A DNA stretch of 64,000 nt from Bacteroidales bacterium (lineage in GTDB: Bacteria > Bacteroidota > Bacteroidia > Bacteroidales > WCHB1-69), in NCBI GenBank assembly GCA_045598105.1, contig JAZLLK010000007.1:10981-74980 (forward strand), read 5' to 3'. Under the pieces are notes generated by a model. That model did no database searches, had not been told where the DNA came from, and was given only the letters and a program-made list of their open reading frames with translations. Shown here piece after piece: positions 29,793 through 38,409 of this stretch (the first letter of the stretch is position 1; every line of letters begins with the position of its first letter). Position numbers and translations under genes: made by a program.

Positions 29793-30149
29793 AAATTTTT
29801 TTTGCTTTGAGTGGAAAAAAAATCAAAATTTGTTAGTGTGAGTAAATTTCCGAATTGTAAAATTTTACTTTTAAATAGCATATATTAAATTAGTTACTGT
29901 GTTATAATGCATAGTATAAAGCCGTAGAATGAGTCTGAAATGCGGCATGCCCGGTATAAGCCACAGCATGTTATTAAAAGTAAAAAAAAATAGCGGATTA
30001 TAGGAAAAACAGGGTGATAATGCGTAGTGTGTTAAAAAGAATTGGATTTGAATAAATGCTTTTTGTTGAAAATTAGATTGATATATGCGTTTGTTTGAAA
30101 AAGTTGTAAAAAATATTATAGAAAAATAGGAGCGTGTGTTAAAAAAAAG

Positions 30150-30157
30150 TATTTTTG
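30150..30157 (+). promoter_or_regulatory. Possible -7 promoter motif (TATTTTTG) for the S1 protease gene
   Basis: Exact TAnnTTTG match with an A8 tract upstream. It would give a leader of about 165 nt that contains the hairpins at 30181-30232. Confidence 0.4.
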
Positions 30158-30327
30158 CATTATAAATAGTATAAAATATGCGGATTAGAGATGACTACTA
30201 ATCTATTCGGATTGATGTTGTGTATAATCCGACCAAAATTTGCACTGCGGCAATTTAAATGTAACCTCGGTTGTGGTAATGTGTAAATGAGGAGAAAGTA
30301 AATTATGGAGGTTGCCAAAGTATAAAA

Positions 30328-32016
30328 GTGAAAAAGGTATTAGTATTTTTTGTATTGGTATTAGGAGTATATGTATCAGTAGCATCTGATATTAAAACGT
30401 CGGTATGTATAGTGCGGTCTAATGACGCTGCCGTGGATTCGGCCTATGCCAAAATAGGCTCTGCGTTACAGAAGAACGGGTATATATCAGCCGGGCGAAT
30501 GTTGATGAGTAATGCTAAGGTTTTCGGTTCAGGTTTTGTTTTTCAGTCGGCAAGCGGTAATAGGTATGTGGTTACCAATAATCACGTGGTGAATGTGAGC
30601 ACCATGGTGTCATTGGAATTCCAAACGCAGGAAGGGGTAAAGTTATACGAGCATTGTAAGGTACTATATACCGATAGAATGCACGATATAGCATTGGTGG
30701 CAGTGCCTGCAGATGCAGGGCTTGTGGCTTTGCAGGCTTATACCCTTCCGTTGAAGGACGGAATGGATGTCCGTTCGGCCGGTTATCCCGCCTTTGGGGC
30801 TAATCCTTTGTGGCAGTTCGGCCAGGGTATAATATCCAATGCGGAGGTGAATACCGGTAATTACGGTGATAAAGATTCTATTATAGTAATGCAGCATACC
30901 GCACAGGTAGATGCAGGCAATTCCGGCGGTCCGTTGCTGGTGCGGCATATAGTATCCGGTGACACCACATATAATGTGATAGGGGTGAATACGTGGAAAG
31001 CCAAATGGAGAGAAAATACTAATTTTTCTATTCGCATTACTGATTTGGAGCAGGTAATATTGAATTACGAGCAAGGGGTAACCGTTGCGTCCATACCTGA
31101 TTTGGAAGATGTGGCAGAAGAATATATTAAAGCCGTAAATGAAGGCTATAAGCACGTGGCGGAGTATGTGTCATCGGAATTGGTATTGAGCCTGCCGGCA
31201 ATAAAAGTGGAATCCTTATTGAAAATGGCTGATACGGAAATAAGTAATATGATACGTTCATATGATCCTATAACCGGTATAAAAATGCTGGTGGCAAAGG
31301 AATTGTGTGGTTTCGGAAAGGCCTCCGATTATGAAATAAACAATGTGGACGATGCTGATAATTATTCCGGTAGCGTGTGCTATGGTATTAAGAAGAAAGA
31401 AGTCCGTTATGGCTGGCAGTATGGTGATAACGGCTGGCAAATTGTATCCTCCGATGCCATAAGCAGTATGAAAGCCAACATAGCCTATACTACCGATGGT
31501 ATTTTTTATACCGATATTCGGCACATGGTAGGAGCCATGATAAAGGTGCCCTTACATCCCGTTCAGGCTATAGGAGTATATGCTCAATACCATTATTGTT
31601 TTTTAGGATATGGCCTATATTATGCGGATTTAGGGTTGCAGGGCGTACACATGGCTACCGGCAATGAGGATGAACCCTATGAATCCAAGGCAAGGTGGGG
31701 ATTTTCGTTTAATATGGGAATAGGCGGTCAGTTGCCATTTCAATTTAGCGATTTTTCACTCATACCCTATTTTAAAATAGGTGCAGGTATAGAAGCCAAA
31801 TCCCATCATGTGGGTGATTTTATGCCTACAATATTGTTTTTGTTAAAACCCGGTTTACGGTTAGGTTATACGTTGAAAAACGGTAATCAGGTATATTTGT
31901 CGGGTGAATATGAGTATAGAATTACCAATGGTTCTATAATGGCTCGCATGAGAGGTGTGGAAGATGATACATTTCATCATGGGTTTGGTATAGCAGTCGG
32001 TTTTGCGTGGAAATAA
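30328..32016 (+). CDS. Trypsin-like (S1) serine protease fused to a predicted C-terminal outer-membrane beta-barrel
   Basis: GTG start followed by a signal peptide. The catalytic triad contexts are TNNHVV (His), HDIALV (Asp) and DAGNSGGPLL (Ser). The last ~170 aa show about 8 amphipathic aromatic-rich strands and end GFGIAVGFAWK. Confidence 0.75.
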   Translation: MKKVLVFFVLVLGVYVSVASDIKTSVCIVRSNDAAVDSAYAKIGSALQKNGYISAGRMLMSNAKVFGSGFVFQSASGNRYVVTNNHVVNVSTMVSLEFQTQEGVKLYEHCKVLYTDRMHDIALVAVPADAGLVALQAYTLPLKDGMDVRSAGYPAFGANPLWQFGQGIISNAEVNTGNYGDKDSIIVMQHTAQVDAGNSGGPLLVRHIVSGDTTYNVIGVNTWKAKWRENTNFSIRITDLEQVILNYEQGVTVASIPDLEDVAEEYIKAVNEGYKHVAEYVSSELVLSLPAIKVESLLKMADTEISNMIRSYDPITGIKMLVAKELCGFGKASDYEINNVDDADNYSGSVCYGIKKKEVRYGWQYGDNGWQIVSSDAISSMKANIAYTTDGIFYTDIRHMVGAMIKVPLHPVQAIGVYAQYHYCFLGYGLYYADLGLQGVHMATGNEDEPYESKARWGFSFNMGIGGQLPFQFSDFSLIPYFKIGAGIEAKSHHVGDFMPTILFLLKPGLRLGYTLKNGNQVYLSGEYEYRITNGSIMARMRGVEDDTFHHGFGIAVGFAWK

Positions 32017-32041
32017 TAATTTTTATAAAACAAATATAGAT

Positions 32042-32659
32042 ATGAAATCAAAGATAGTTACATTATTGCTGTTAGCAGGCATGTGTGTGGGAGTGTATGC
32101 GCGAAAGTATCAGCCCTGCATAATAGAAAAGAAAGACGGAACCGTGATTGAATGTATGGCAAAAGCCAAGCAGAACAATATAGTGTATGTGTTCAACGAG
32201 CAGGATGAGCCTATAAAATGCAAAATTTCGGATGTGCAATATGTTTTTTTTATGGACAATGATTCTATTAGGAGTATTTATTCCGGAATATTTACCAATT
32301 CTATGGCTAACACCATTGCCGGAACAGTTAAGCCAAGGTTCCAGGGTCGGATTCAATTTCTTACCAATCCTAAAGTCTATAATGTATCCATATATCATTA
32401 TTCCTATTCAATAGGCAAAACCACATATCATGTGTATGGTTGCTACCGACAGGGTGATGATTTTGGTTACGATTTGCTTATGCCGGGTGATATTTTTAGT
32501 ATTAAGAATTTTCAAAAGGCCGGAGCACAGTTTTTTGCCGATTGTGATGCTATAGTGGAATACATTACCGACAAAAGTTTCGGACTTAAAAAAATGAAAA
32601 CCGTTAATGATCTCAAAAATTTGGTAGATGAATACAACCATTGCTCTACCGCTGAGTAA
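32042..32659 (+). CDS. Hypothetical secreted protein
   Basis: The start is set at MKSKIVTLLLLAGMCVGVYA (signal peptide), 25 nt after the protease stop. No family was recognised. Confidence 0.5.
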   Translation: MKSKIVTLLLLAGMCVGVYARKYQPCIIEKKDGTVIECMAKAKQNNIVYVFNEQDEPIKCKISDVQYVFFMDNDSIRSIYSGIFTNSMANTIAGTVKPRFQGRIQFLTNPKVYNVSIYHYSYSIGKTTYHVYGCYRQGDDFGYDLLMPGDIFSIKNFQKAGAQFFADCDAIVEYITDKSFGLKKMKTVNDLKNLVDEYNHCSTAE

Positions 32660-32700
32660 CAGTTGCTTATTGCCGGGCATAAAGAGTTAGCAATATATAT

Positions 32701-32738
32701 GGTAAGAATGGTACAATTGCTGTTCTTACCATTTTTTT
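32701..32738 (+). terminator. Rho-independent terminator
   Basis: Stem GGTAAGAA (32701-08) pairs with TTCTTACC (32723-30), followed by T7. Confidence 0.7.
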
Positions 32739-33210
32739 ACATATCTTCGGGGCATGCCATAGCGGCATTAATATCCTTTATGCTATAGCCTTTTGACAGC
32801 AGATGGCGTATCAGTTTTTGTCTGAGCAGAGCAGGACTGTTTTCATGGTGGCAGGCAAGCCATTTATTCATGGCTGCCTGCAGTTTGCCGGCATATTGTT
32901 CATCGGATATTTCCCGTAGGGCTATTTTAATGCAGGGTGTGCTTATCCCTTTGGCTTTAAGGAAGGCTGTTATTTTGTGTTTTCCCCAGCCCTTAATATT
33001 GAACTTTCCTCGGGCAAATGCTGTGGCGTAGCGGGTTTCGTTAATATATCCTTCCACTATTAAGTCACATATTACGCTTTCAACGTCATCGGCCTGCATG
33101 CCGTAGCTGAGAAGTTTTTGCCTTACTTCCATTTGGCATCGTTCCTGCAGGGCACAATATCGGCGTATTTTTATGAGGGCTTGTCCGGTAGTAATAATAG
33201 GGGAGGGCAT
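32737..33210 (-). CDS. recX: Regulatory protein RecX
   Basis: 157 aa with three-helix repeats. ALQERCQMEVRQKL and LIVEGYINETRYATAFARGK are typical of RecX. Confidence 0.85.
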   Translation of the reverse strand: MPSPIITTGQALIKIRRYCALQERCQMEVRQKLLSYGMQADDVESVICDLIVEGYINETRYATAFARGKFNIKGWGKHKITAFLKAKGISTPCIKIALREISDEQYAGKLQAAMNKWLACHHENSPALLRQKLIRHLLSKGYSIKDINAAMACPEDM

Positions 33211-33213
33211 GAG

Positions 33214-33690
33214 TTAAAGGTAAAAGTCGTTCATGTTGGCCGGAAAGGCATATTTTTGTATGCTTTCCTCGCGGGAAAACATGTAATATATCACCTCGGC
33301 ATTGGCACATAATTCATGTTGTTCATTGTATATGCAGGCTTCTATATAGCAAAAGTTGCGTATGGTTTTTACTATATGACCTTCCACATATATTTTTCCC
33401 TGCAGGCTGTTCAGTGGTTTACGGTAGTGTGCCGTAAGTCGGCTGGTTACACCTGCACATTGTGCTTTAATGTATAGTGTCCAAGCGGCTATTTCATCCA
33501 GTAGCACTGCCTGTATGCCACCATGCACGCAGGTAGGGTAGCCCTCGTAGTTTTTTAGAGGTACCCATATTGTTTTTACATATTCATCTTCTTCGTAGAA
33601 TTGCAGCTGTAGTCCTATAGGGTTATGCGGACTGCAGGCAAAGCAGTGGTAGTCTTCTTTGGCAAATACGTTTTTAATATATCGTTTCAT
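33214..33690 (-). CDS. Hotdog-fold (PaaI-like) thioesterase
   Basis: 158 aa. The N-terminus CFACSPHNPIGLQL and the motif HGGIQAVLLDE are typical of PaaI-family thioesterases. Confidence 0.7.
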   Translation of the reverse strand: MKRYIKNVFAKEDYHCFACSPHNPIGLQLQFYEEDEYVKTIWVPLKNYEGYPTCVHGGIQAVLLDEIAAWTLYIKAQCAGVTSRLTAHYRKPLNSLQGKIYVEGHIVKTIRNFCYIEACIYNEQHELCANAEVIYYMFSREESIQKYAFPANMNDFYL

Positions 33691-33777
33691 GTCAGAATAT
33701 AGATTATATTATTAATTATAAATTATATATGTACTTATAATTATTAAAAAAATGCTATAATGTATAAAAATAACGGA

Positions 33778-34224
33778 TTATTGTAATAATGTTTTTACTA
33801 TAGCCGATACGGTTTTGTTGTCGGCACGGCCTGCAAAGGCCTTGGTAGCCATACCCATGAGCTTGCCCATATCTTTCATGCCGGCCAATCCGTTTTCGGC
33901 TATCAGTGATTGTAATTTGGCAGTAATTTCCTCTTGGCTGAGCTGTGCGGGCAGGTATTGTGATATGATGTTCAGCTGGCTTACTTCTTCTTCGTATAAG
34001 TCTGTTCTGCCTTGTGCTTTATACATTTCAGCTGATTCTTTACGTTGTTTTACCAGTTTTTGCAGGGTAGCCATTTCTATCTCAGGGGTGATTTCGCCAC
34101 CGCTTTTATCGGTTTTAAGCAACAGTATGGCTGATTTTATGGCCCTAAGGGCGTCCAAACTCTTTTTATCTTTAGCCAGCATGGCTTTTTTAATGTCTTC
34201 GTTAATGGTAAGTTCCAAACTCAT
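33778..34224 (-). CDS. GatB/YqeY domain protein
   Basis: MSLELTINEDIKKAMLAKDKKSLDALRAIKSA matches the YqeY N-terminus. The start is set at M22 of the ORF-track model. Confidence 0.85.
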   Translation of the reverse strand: MSLELTINEDIKKAMLAKDKKSLDALRAIKSAILLLKTDKSGGEITPEIEMATLQKLVKQRKESAEMYKAQGRTDLYEEEVSQLNIISQYLPAQLSQEEITAKLQSLIAENGLAGMKDMGKLMGMATKAFAGRADNKTVSAIVKTLLQ

Positions 34225-34291
34225 AATGTATAGTTTTAATTGTGTTAATAATAAATATGTGTAAGGATTGGTGCAGTTACTATTCAAAAGG

Positions 34292-34299
34292 CAAAATTA
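34292..34299 (-). promoter_or_regulatory. -7 promoter motif (TAATTTTG)
   Basis: The minus strand reads aaaaaaaatgcTAATTTTGcc, 67 nt upstream of ATG 34224. Confidence 0.5.
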
Positions 34300-34351
34300 G
34301 CATTTTTTTTCTTTTCGTGTGTTATGCAGGAAGGAAAGAATATATTTTTTT

Positions 34352-36694
34352 TTATTTTTGAATAATCAGTTTGTGTGTGTAAGTACTTTTATTATAGGTG
34401 ATATATACCATGTAAATGCCGTTGGCAAAGTGTTGAACGGGTATAATTTCCGTGTCGTTACAGTGTTTTTTGCGGGTAATAAGTCTGCCTTGGGCATTGT
34501 ATATGCTTACGCAGGCATTTTGCACATGTTGTAGGCATACGGTATCGTAAGTGGGATTAGGGTAGAGGCAGGGGGTAAGGTCCGTATGATTTGCGGGAGT
34601 GAACATATCTATGGTGTCGCCTATGGCCAGGCAATATTCACCGCTTTGAAGGTGTGAAGTGAATATATATCCTTTATTAGCGATGCCGGTAATGGCATAA
34701 GGTATTATTTTCCATTCCTGAGCGGCGTCACGCCTATATAGGAGCAGCAGATTATCTTTTTTGTAGCCCTTCATAAGGGTGTAGTCCGGCTCGTTGGCGT
34801 TTACGGCGCTGTATGCAAATTGTAGTTTTTGAGCTTCCGCAAGGCTGTCGGTATAGAGTACTCTCCAGTAGTGATTATTCGACAGGCGGTATATATGAGG
34901 ATTGTTATGCGGGGAGTAGTAAGCATAGTCCGGTGAGGTAAGGTGATGTTCTATACGTACATAGCTGTTTGTTGAGCGTAATCCGGTAATTTTACAACTG
35001 CCATTGGTAAATGTTATGTCGGCATTGGTCTGAAGGGTGAATTGTGTGTCTATTACGGCATCGTTGAGCTTGTCAAAATAGTCGGTTATGCCAAATAAAG
35101 GCGTTTCGGGTAGTGGTATTTGCACCATTTGGGTGGCTCCGCTCATTATAATGCCATATATAGTGGTATCTTTGCCTGAGGGGAAGAAGAATGTGAGGTC
35201 CAGCTTATTGCTGTCGCCGTAGTATAGGGCATGGCTTAACTGCTGACGCAGATGTATATTGTAAAGCTGATTGTTAAACGGTTCTATGTAGTCAATGGTA
35301 AAGTCCAGTACGCCGGGCTGATGTATGTGGCTATAGTAGAACGGCATAAGGTTTATGCCGCTTATTTGTGTTATATATTGAAAAAATTCTTCGCTATTGG
35401 CATTGCCGTAGGCAAAATGTTGCAGGTATTGTTTTATACATGCAAAAAACAGGCTGTCACCCATATATTGTTGCAGGGCATATACGGCAAGGGCACCTTT
35501 GTCGTAGGTGGTGGTACCGTAGGTGTGGGTTTGTGGCATGAGATCCAGTGCGTAGTAGCCGCCATCGTTTTTATGGGCATGGTTCAGTACATAGGTATGC
35601 AGGTTTCTGTACCACAGCCTGTAGGCCGAGTCGGAGGGGATAATTTCATTTTGTTCATGGCTAAGGTATTGGCATATTATGCCTTCACAAAAGGTGGCAA
35701 AGCCTTCATTGAGCCACATATCTTCAGCCGAGGAGCATGTAACCATATTGCCAAACCACATGTGGCTGAGTTCGTGAGCATATAAGGATTCATAGTCAGA
35801 GGTGCCGTTTACGGCATATAAAGGGTAGGATATGTTGCAGGCGTGTTCCATGGCCCCGCTATTGAAATTAACGGTAACATAGCCTACTCGTTGTAAAGGA
35901 TATGCCCCAAACAGTTTTTCATATAGGTGTAATATGGTTTTCAGTCTGTAAAAACTGCCTTCCACCATGCTGTCAGCAGAAGGATGCGTATATATGCCTA
36001 TGGGTATGTATTGGCCGCTTACGGAATAAAAGCTGTCAATATGCGCTGTGTATTCGCCTACAGCCACGGCGGCCAAATAGGTAGGTATGGCGTGTAACTG
36101 CTCCCATGTCCATATCAGTTCCTGATTGTTCAAAGTGTCTATGCGAGTGAGCATGCCATTGCATACGGCAGTGTGTGCGGGCAAAGTGTGTATGTGGAAG
36201 GTATAAGTGGCTTTAGAGGTGAATTCGTCTATGCAGGGGAACCATGCTTTGCCGTAGTTATGAGGAATGTCGCTAATGGATACGCCCATATTATAGGCAT
36301 AGTTGTTACTGAAATAAAAGCCTCCAAAGCGGGCAGCGGCTTTAGGTTCACCCCTGTAATATACATCTATGGTAAGGCTGTCATGACGGGCAGCGGCTAT
36401 GTTGATACTTATATTGCTGTCTGTAGCGGTAAATTCGCTGTTAGTTCCGTTTATCAGCACGCTGTCGGTGGTGAATTGAAGTAGGTCAAGTGTGAGCTGC
36501 TTAAGTTCCGGATGCGTGCTAAGCTGTATGCGTGTGTGCCCTTGCAGGGTGTGCGTGGTGAAGTCCGTAACCTTCAGGTTAAGGGTGTAATGGTTTACGT
36601 AAATGCTGTCGGTTCGGGTTTCCGATGTTGCGGTAAATGTGCACATACATAGGTATATAATGACTATAATGGCGTCAATTTTGAAATGTATCAT
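34352..36694 (-). CDS. M1-family zinc aminopeptidase with a T9SS C-terminal sorting domain
   Basis: Gluzincin motifs HELSHMWFGNMV and WLNEGFATF plus the GAMEH exopeptidase motif are present. The C-terminus LYPNPTYDTV ... FANGIYMVYI ... KLIIQK looks like a Por tail. Confidence 0.85.
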   Translation of the reverse strand: MIHFKIDAIIVIIYLCMCTFTATSETRTDSIYVNHYTLNLKVTDFTTHTLQGHTRIQLSTHPELKQLTLDLLQFTTDSVLINGTNSEFTATDSNISINIAAARHDSLTIDVYYRGEPKAAARFGGFYFSNNYAYNMGVSISDIPHNYGKAWFPCIDEFTSKATYTFHIHTLPAHTAVCNGMLTRIDTLNNQELIWTWEQLHAIPTYLAAVAVGEYTAHIDSFYSVSGQYIPIGIYTHPSADSMVEGSFYRLKTILHLYEKLFGAYPLQRVGYVTVNFNSGAMEHACNISYPLYAVNGTSDYESLYAHELSHMWFGNMVTCSSAEDMWLNEGFATFCEGIICQYLSHEQNEIIPSDSAYRLWYRNLHTYVLNHAHKNDGGYYALDLMPQTHTYGTTTYDKGALAVYALQQYMGDSLFFACIKQYLQHFAYGNANSEEFFQYITQISGINLMPFYYSHIHQPGVLDFTIDYIEPFNNQLYNIHLRQQLSHALYYGDSNKLDLTFFFPSGKDTTIYGIIMSGATQMVQIPLPETPLFGITDYFDKLNDAVIDTQFTLQTNADITFTNGSCKITGLRSTNSYVRIEHHLTSPDYAYYSPHNNPHIYRLSNNHYWRVLYTDSLAEAQKLQFAYSAVNANEPDYTLMKGYKKDNLLLLYRRDAAQEWKIIPYAITGIANKGYIFTSHLQSGEYCLAIGDTIDMFTPANHTDLTPCLYPNPTYDTVCLQHVQNACVSIYNAQGRLITRKKHCNDTEIIPVQHFANGIYMVYITYNKSTYTHKLIIQK

Positions 36695-36723
36695 TCTGCG
36701 TAATATTAAGTGTTATAATCTTG

Positions 36724-36731
36724 CAAAGATA
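36724..36731 (-). promoter_or_regulatory. -7 promoter motif (TATCTTTG) for the M1 peptidase gene
   Basis: 29 nt upstream of ATG 36694. Confidence 0.55.
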
Positions 36732-36762
36732 GCATTTAATAATGTAAGCAGGTGTGTAAATA

Positions 36763-36797
36763 TAAAAAAAAAAGATGCCGACTTACAGCCGGCATCT
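36763..36797 (-). terminator. Rho-independent terminator of lipoprotein gene 36823..37272
   Basis: Stem AGATGCCG (36773-80) pairs with CGGCATCT (36790-97). On the minus strand a T10 run follows (plus-strand A-run 36763-36772). Confidence 0.8.
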
Positions 36798-36822
36798 TTT
36801 AAATAATGCGATAAGACTATAT

Positions 36823-37272
36823 TTATTGTTCGTCGTCGTTTTGCGTATCGTTTTTTAATTTGTTTACTATATCTTCGGTAGTAAATATTCCGTCTTCATT
36901 AATGAAGAATTTTACCTGCACCAATATGGTGTTTTCACCATCAGTGGTGCGACGCATGGTGTACACAAAATAGTCTTCCTCATCGGCAAAATAGGGCTTT
37001 AATTCCGACGTGTGTAACAATATGGCTGCTACTGCTGCACGAAATTTTACGTTGGCCTTAATGTCACAGGCACCCTGTTTTTCACCTTTGTAATAAAAGT
37101 CACCTTCCCACATGGATTTAACAGTGCCCAATACGGCTTTTACGCTGATTACGTTGTCAGAATTGGTAAAGTGATATTCCGAAACCTGTGCGTTATAGTT
37201 TTCCTGCTGTCTGCTACAACCCGAGAATACAATAGCGAAACATACTGCTGCTAATACAACTGATTTTTTCAT
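36823..37272 (-). CDS. Hypothetical lipoprotein
   Basis: Lipobox VFSGC; 149 aa with an acidic tail. It has its own promoter motif and terminator. Confidence 0.55.
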   Translation of the reverse strand: MKKSVVLAAVCFAIVFSGCSRQQENYNAQVSEYHFTNSDNVISVKAVLGTVKSMWEGDFYYKGEKQGACDIKANVKFRAAVAAILLHTSELKPYFADEEDYFVYTMRRTTDGENTILVQVKFFINEDGIFTTEDIVNKLKNDTQNDDEQ

Positions 37273-37317
37273 TCTTTTCTGCTTTTATATTAATATTTGC
37301 TTATTTTTTTTGTGGTG

Positions 37318-37325
37318 CAAAAGTA
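37318..37325 (-). promoter_or_regulatory. -7 promoter motif (TACTTTTG)
   Basis: 45 nt upstream of ATG 37272. Confidence 0.5.
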
Positions 37326-37549
37326 CAAAAAAATGCCATTGGATTTCAATGACGAAAAAAATTTTTTTTGTGTAATGGTTCTAATTATTTTATAGTGTTG
37401 ATTATAAGTTGTATATACGTAAAAAATAAAACCTTATATAGGGCTGTATCTGTTACCGCTGCAAAGCATGTGTAGGTAGAATAAACATATTGCAAGGTGT
37501 GTGAATAAAAAAAGATGAGTAAAATGTCGGATAATTGAAAAAAAAATTG

Positions 37550-37557
37550 TATCTTTG
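37550..37557 (+). promoter_or_regulatory. -7 promoter motif (TATCTTTG)
   Basis: 25 nt upstream of ATG 37583. It lies inside the ORF-track extension starting at 37535. Confidence 0.55.
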
Positions 37558-37582
37558 CAACATAATTAGCATAAATAGAATT

Positions 37583-38389
37583 ATGTCAGCAGAAAGGATT
37601 TTGTTTGTAAATCAAGAGATTACACCGTATTTAGAAGCGTCTTACATGTCCATAATAGGGCGATACCTACCTCAAAGTATTCAGGAACAGGGTATAGAGA
37701 TACGTACTTTTATGCCGCGTTATGGCACTATAAATGAGAGGCGTAATCAATTGCATGAAGTTATAAGGTTGTCGGGGCAGAATATAGTTATTAATGATAA
37801 TGACCACGCCTTGGTGGTGAAGGTAGCTTCTATACAATCCATTCGTATGCAAACTTATTTTATTGACAGTGATGAGTATTTTATTCGTAAGGAAATGTTG
37901 GTAGATCAGTCCGGCAAGGCATTTGCCGATAATGATGAAAGGGCTATATTTTATGCTAAGGGTGTAATAGAAACGGTGAAAAATTTAGGATGGAGTCCGG
38001 ATGTAATACATTGTCATGGGTGGATATCCTGTTTGGTACCTTTGTTTGTAAAAACGGTATATGTGGATAATCCTTTGTTTGCTAATTCTAAAGTTGTATA
38101 TTCGGTATATAATGATGTTTTTGATAAATCCATGAATCGTTCTATGGCTGCTAAGTTGAAGGCGTGTGGCGTACCGGCAAAGGATGCTGCTAATTACAAA
38201 TCAGTTAACTACGAAGTTACCACCCGGTTGGCCATGCAGTATGCCGATGCAACGGTTATATCGCATCCCGATGTGGATGACCGATATCGTAAATATGCCA
38301 CGGTGTTGAATAAGCCTACATTTGAGCACAAGCAGGAGCAATACGCTGATGACTATTTAGCTTTATACAATCAAATAATGGAACAATAA
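37583..38389 (+). CDS. Short glycogen/starch-synthase-like protein (GT5 N-terminal-type domain only)
   Basis: ILFVNQEITPY ... PDVIHCHGW resembles the GlgA N-domain. The ~268-aa short form is common in Bacteroidota and is followed by a lipoprotein gene and glmS. Confidence 0.7.
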   Translation: MSAERILFVNQEITPYLEASYMSIIGRYLPQSIQEQGIEIRTFMPRYGTINERRNQLHEVIRLSGQNIVINDNDHALVVKVASIQSIRMQTYFIDSDEYFIRKEMLVDQSGKAFADNDERAIFYAKGVIETVKNLGWSPDVIHCHGWISCLVPLFVKTVYVDNPLFANSKVVYSVYNDVFDKSMNRSMAAKLKACGVPAKDAANYKSVNYEVTTRLAMQYADATVISHPDVDDRYRKYATVLNKPTFEHKQEQYADDYLALYNQIMEQ

Positions 38390-38409
38390 ACTTCTAAAAC
38401 AATTTTGTT

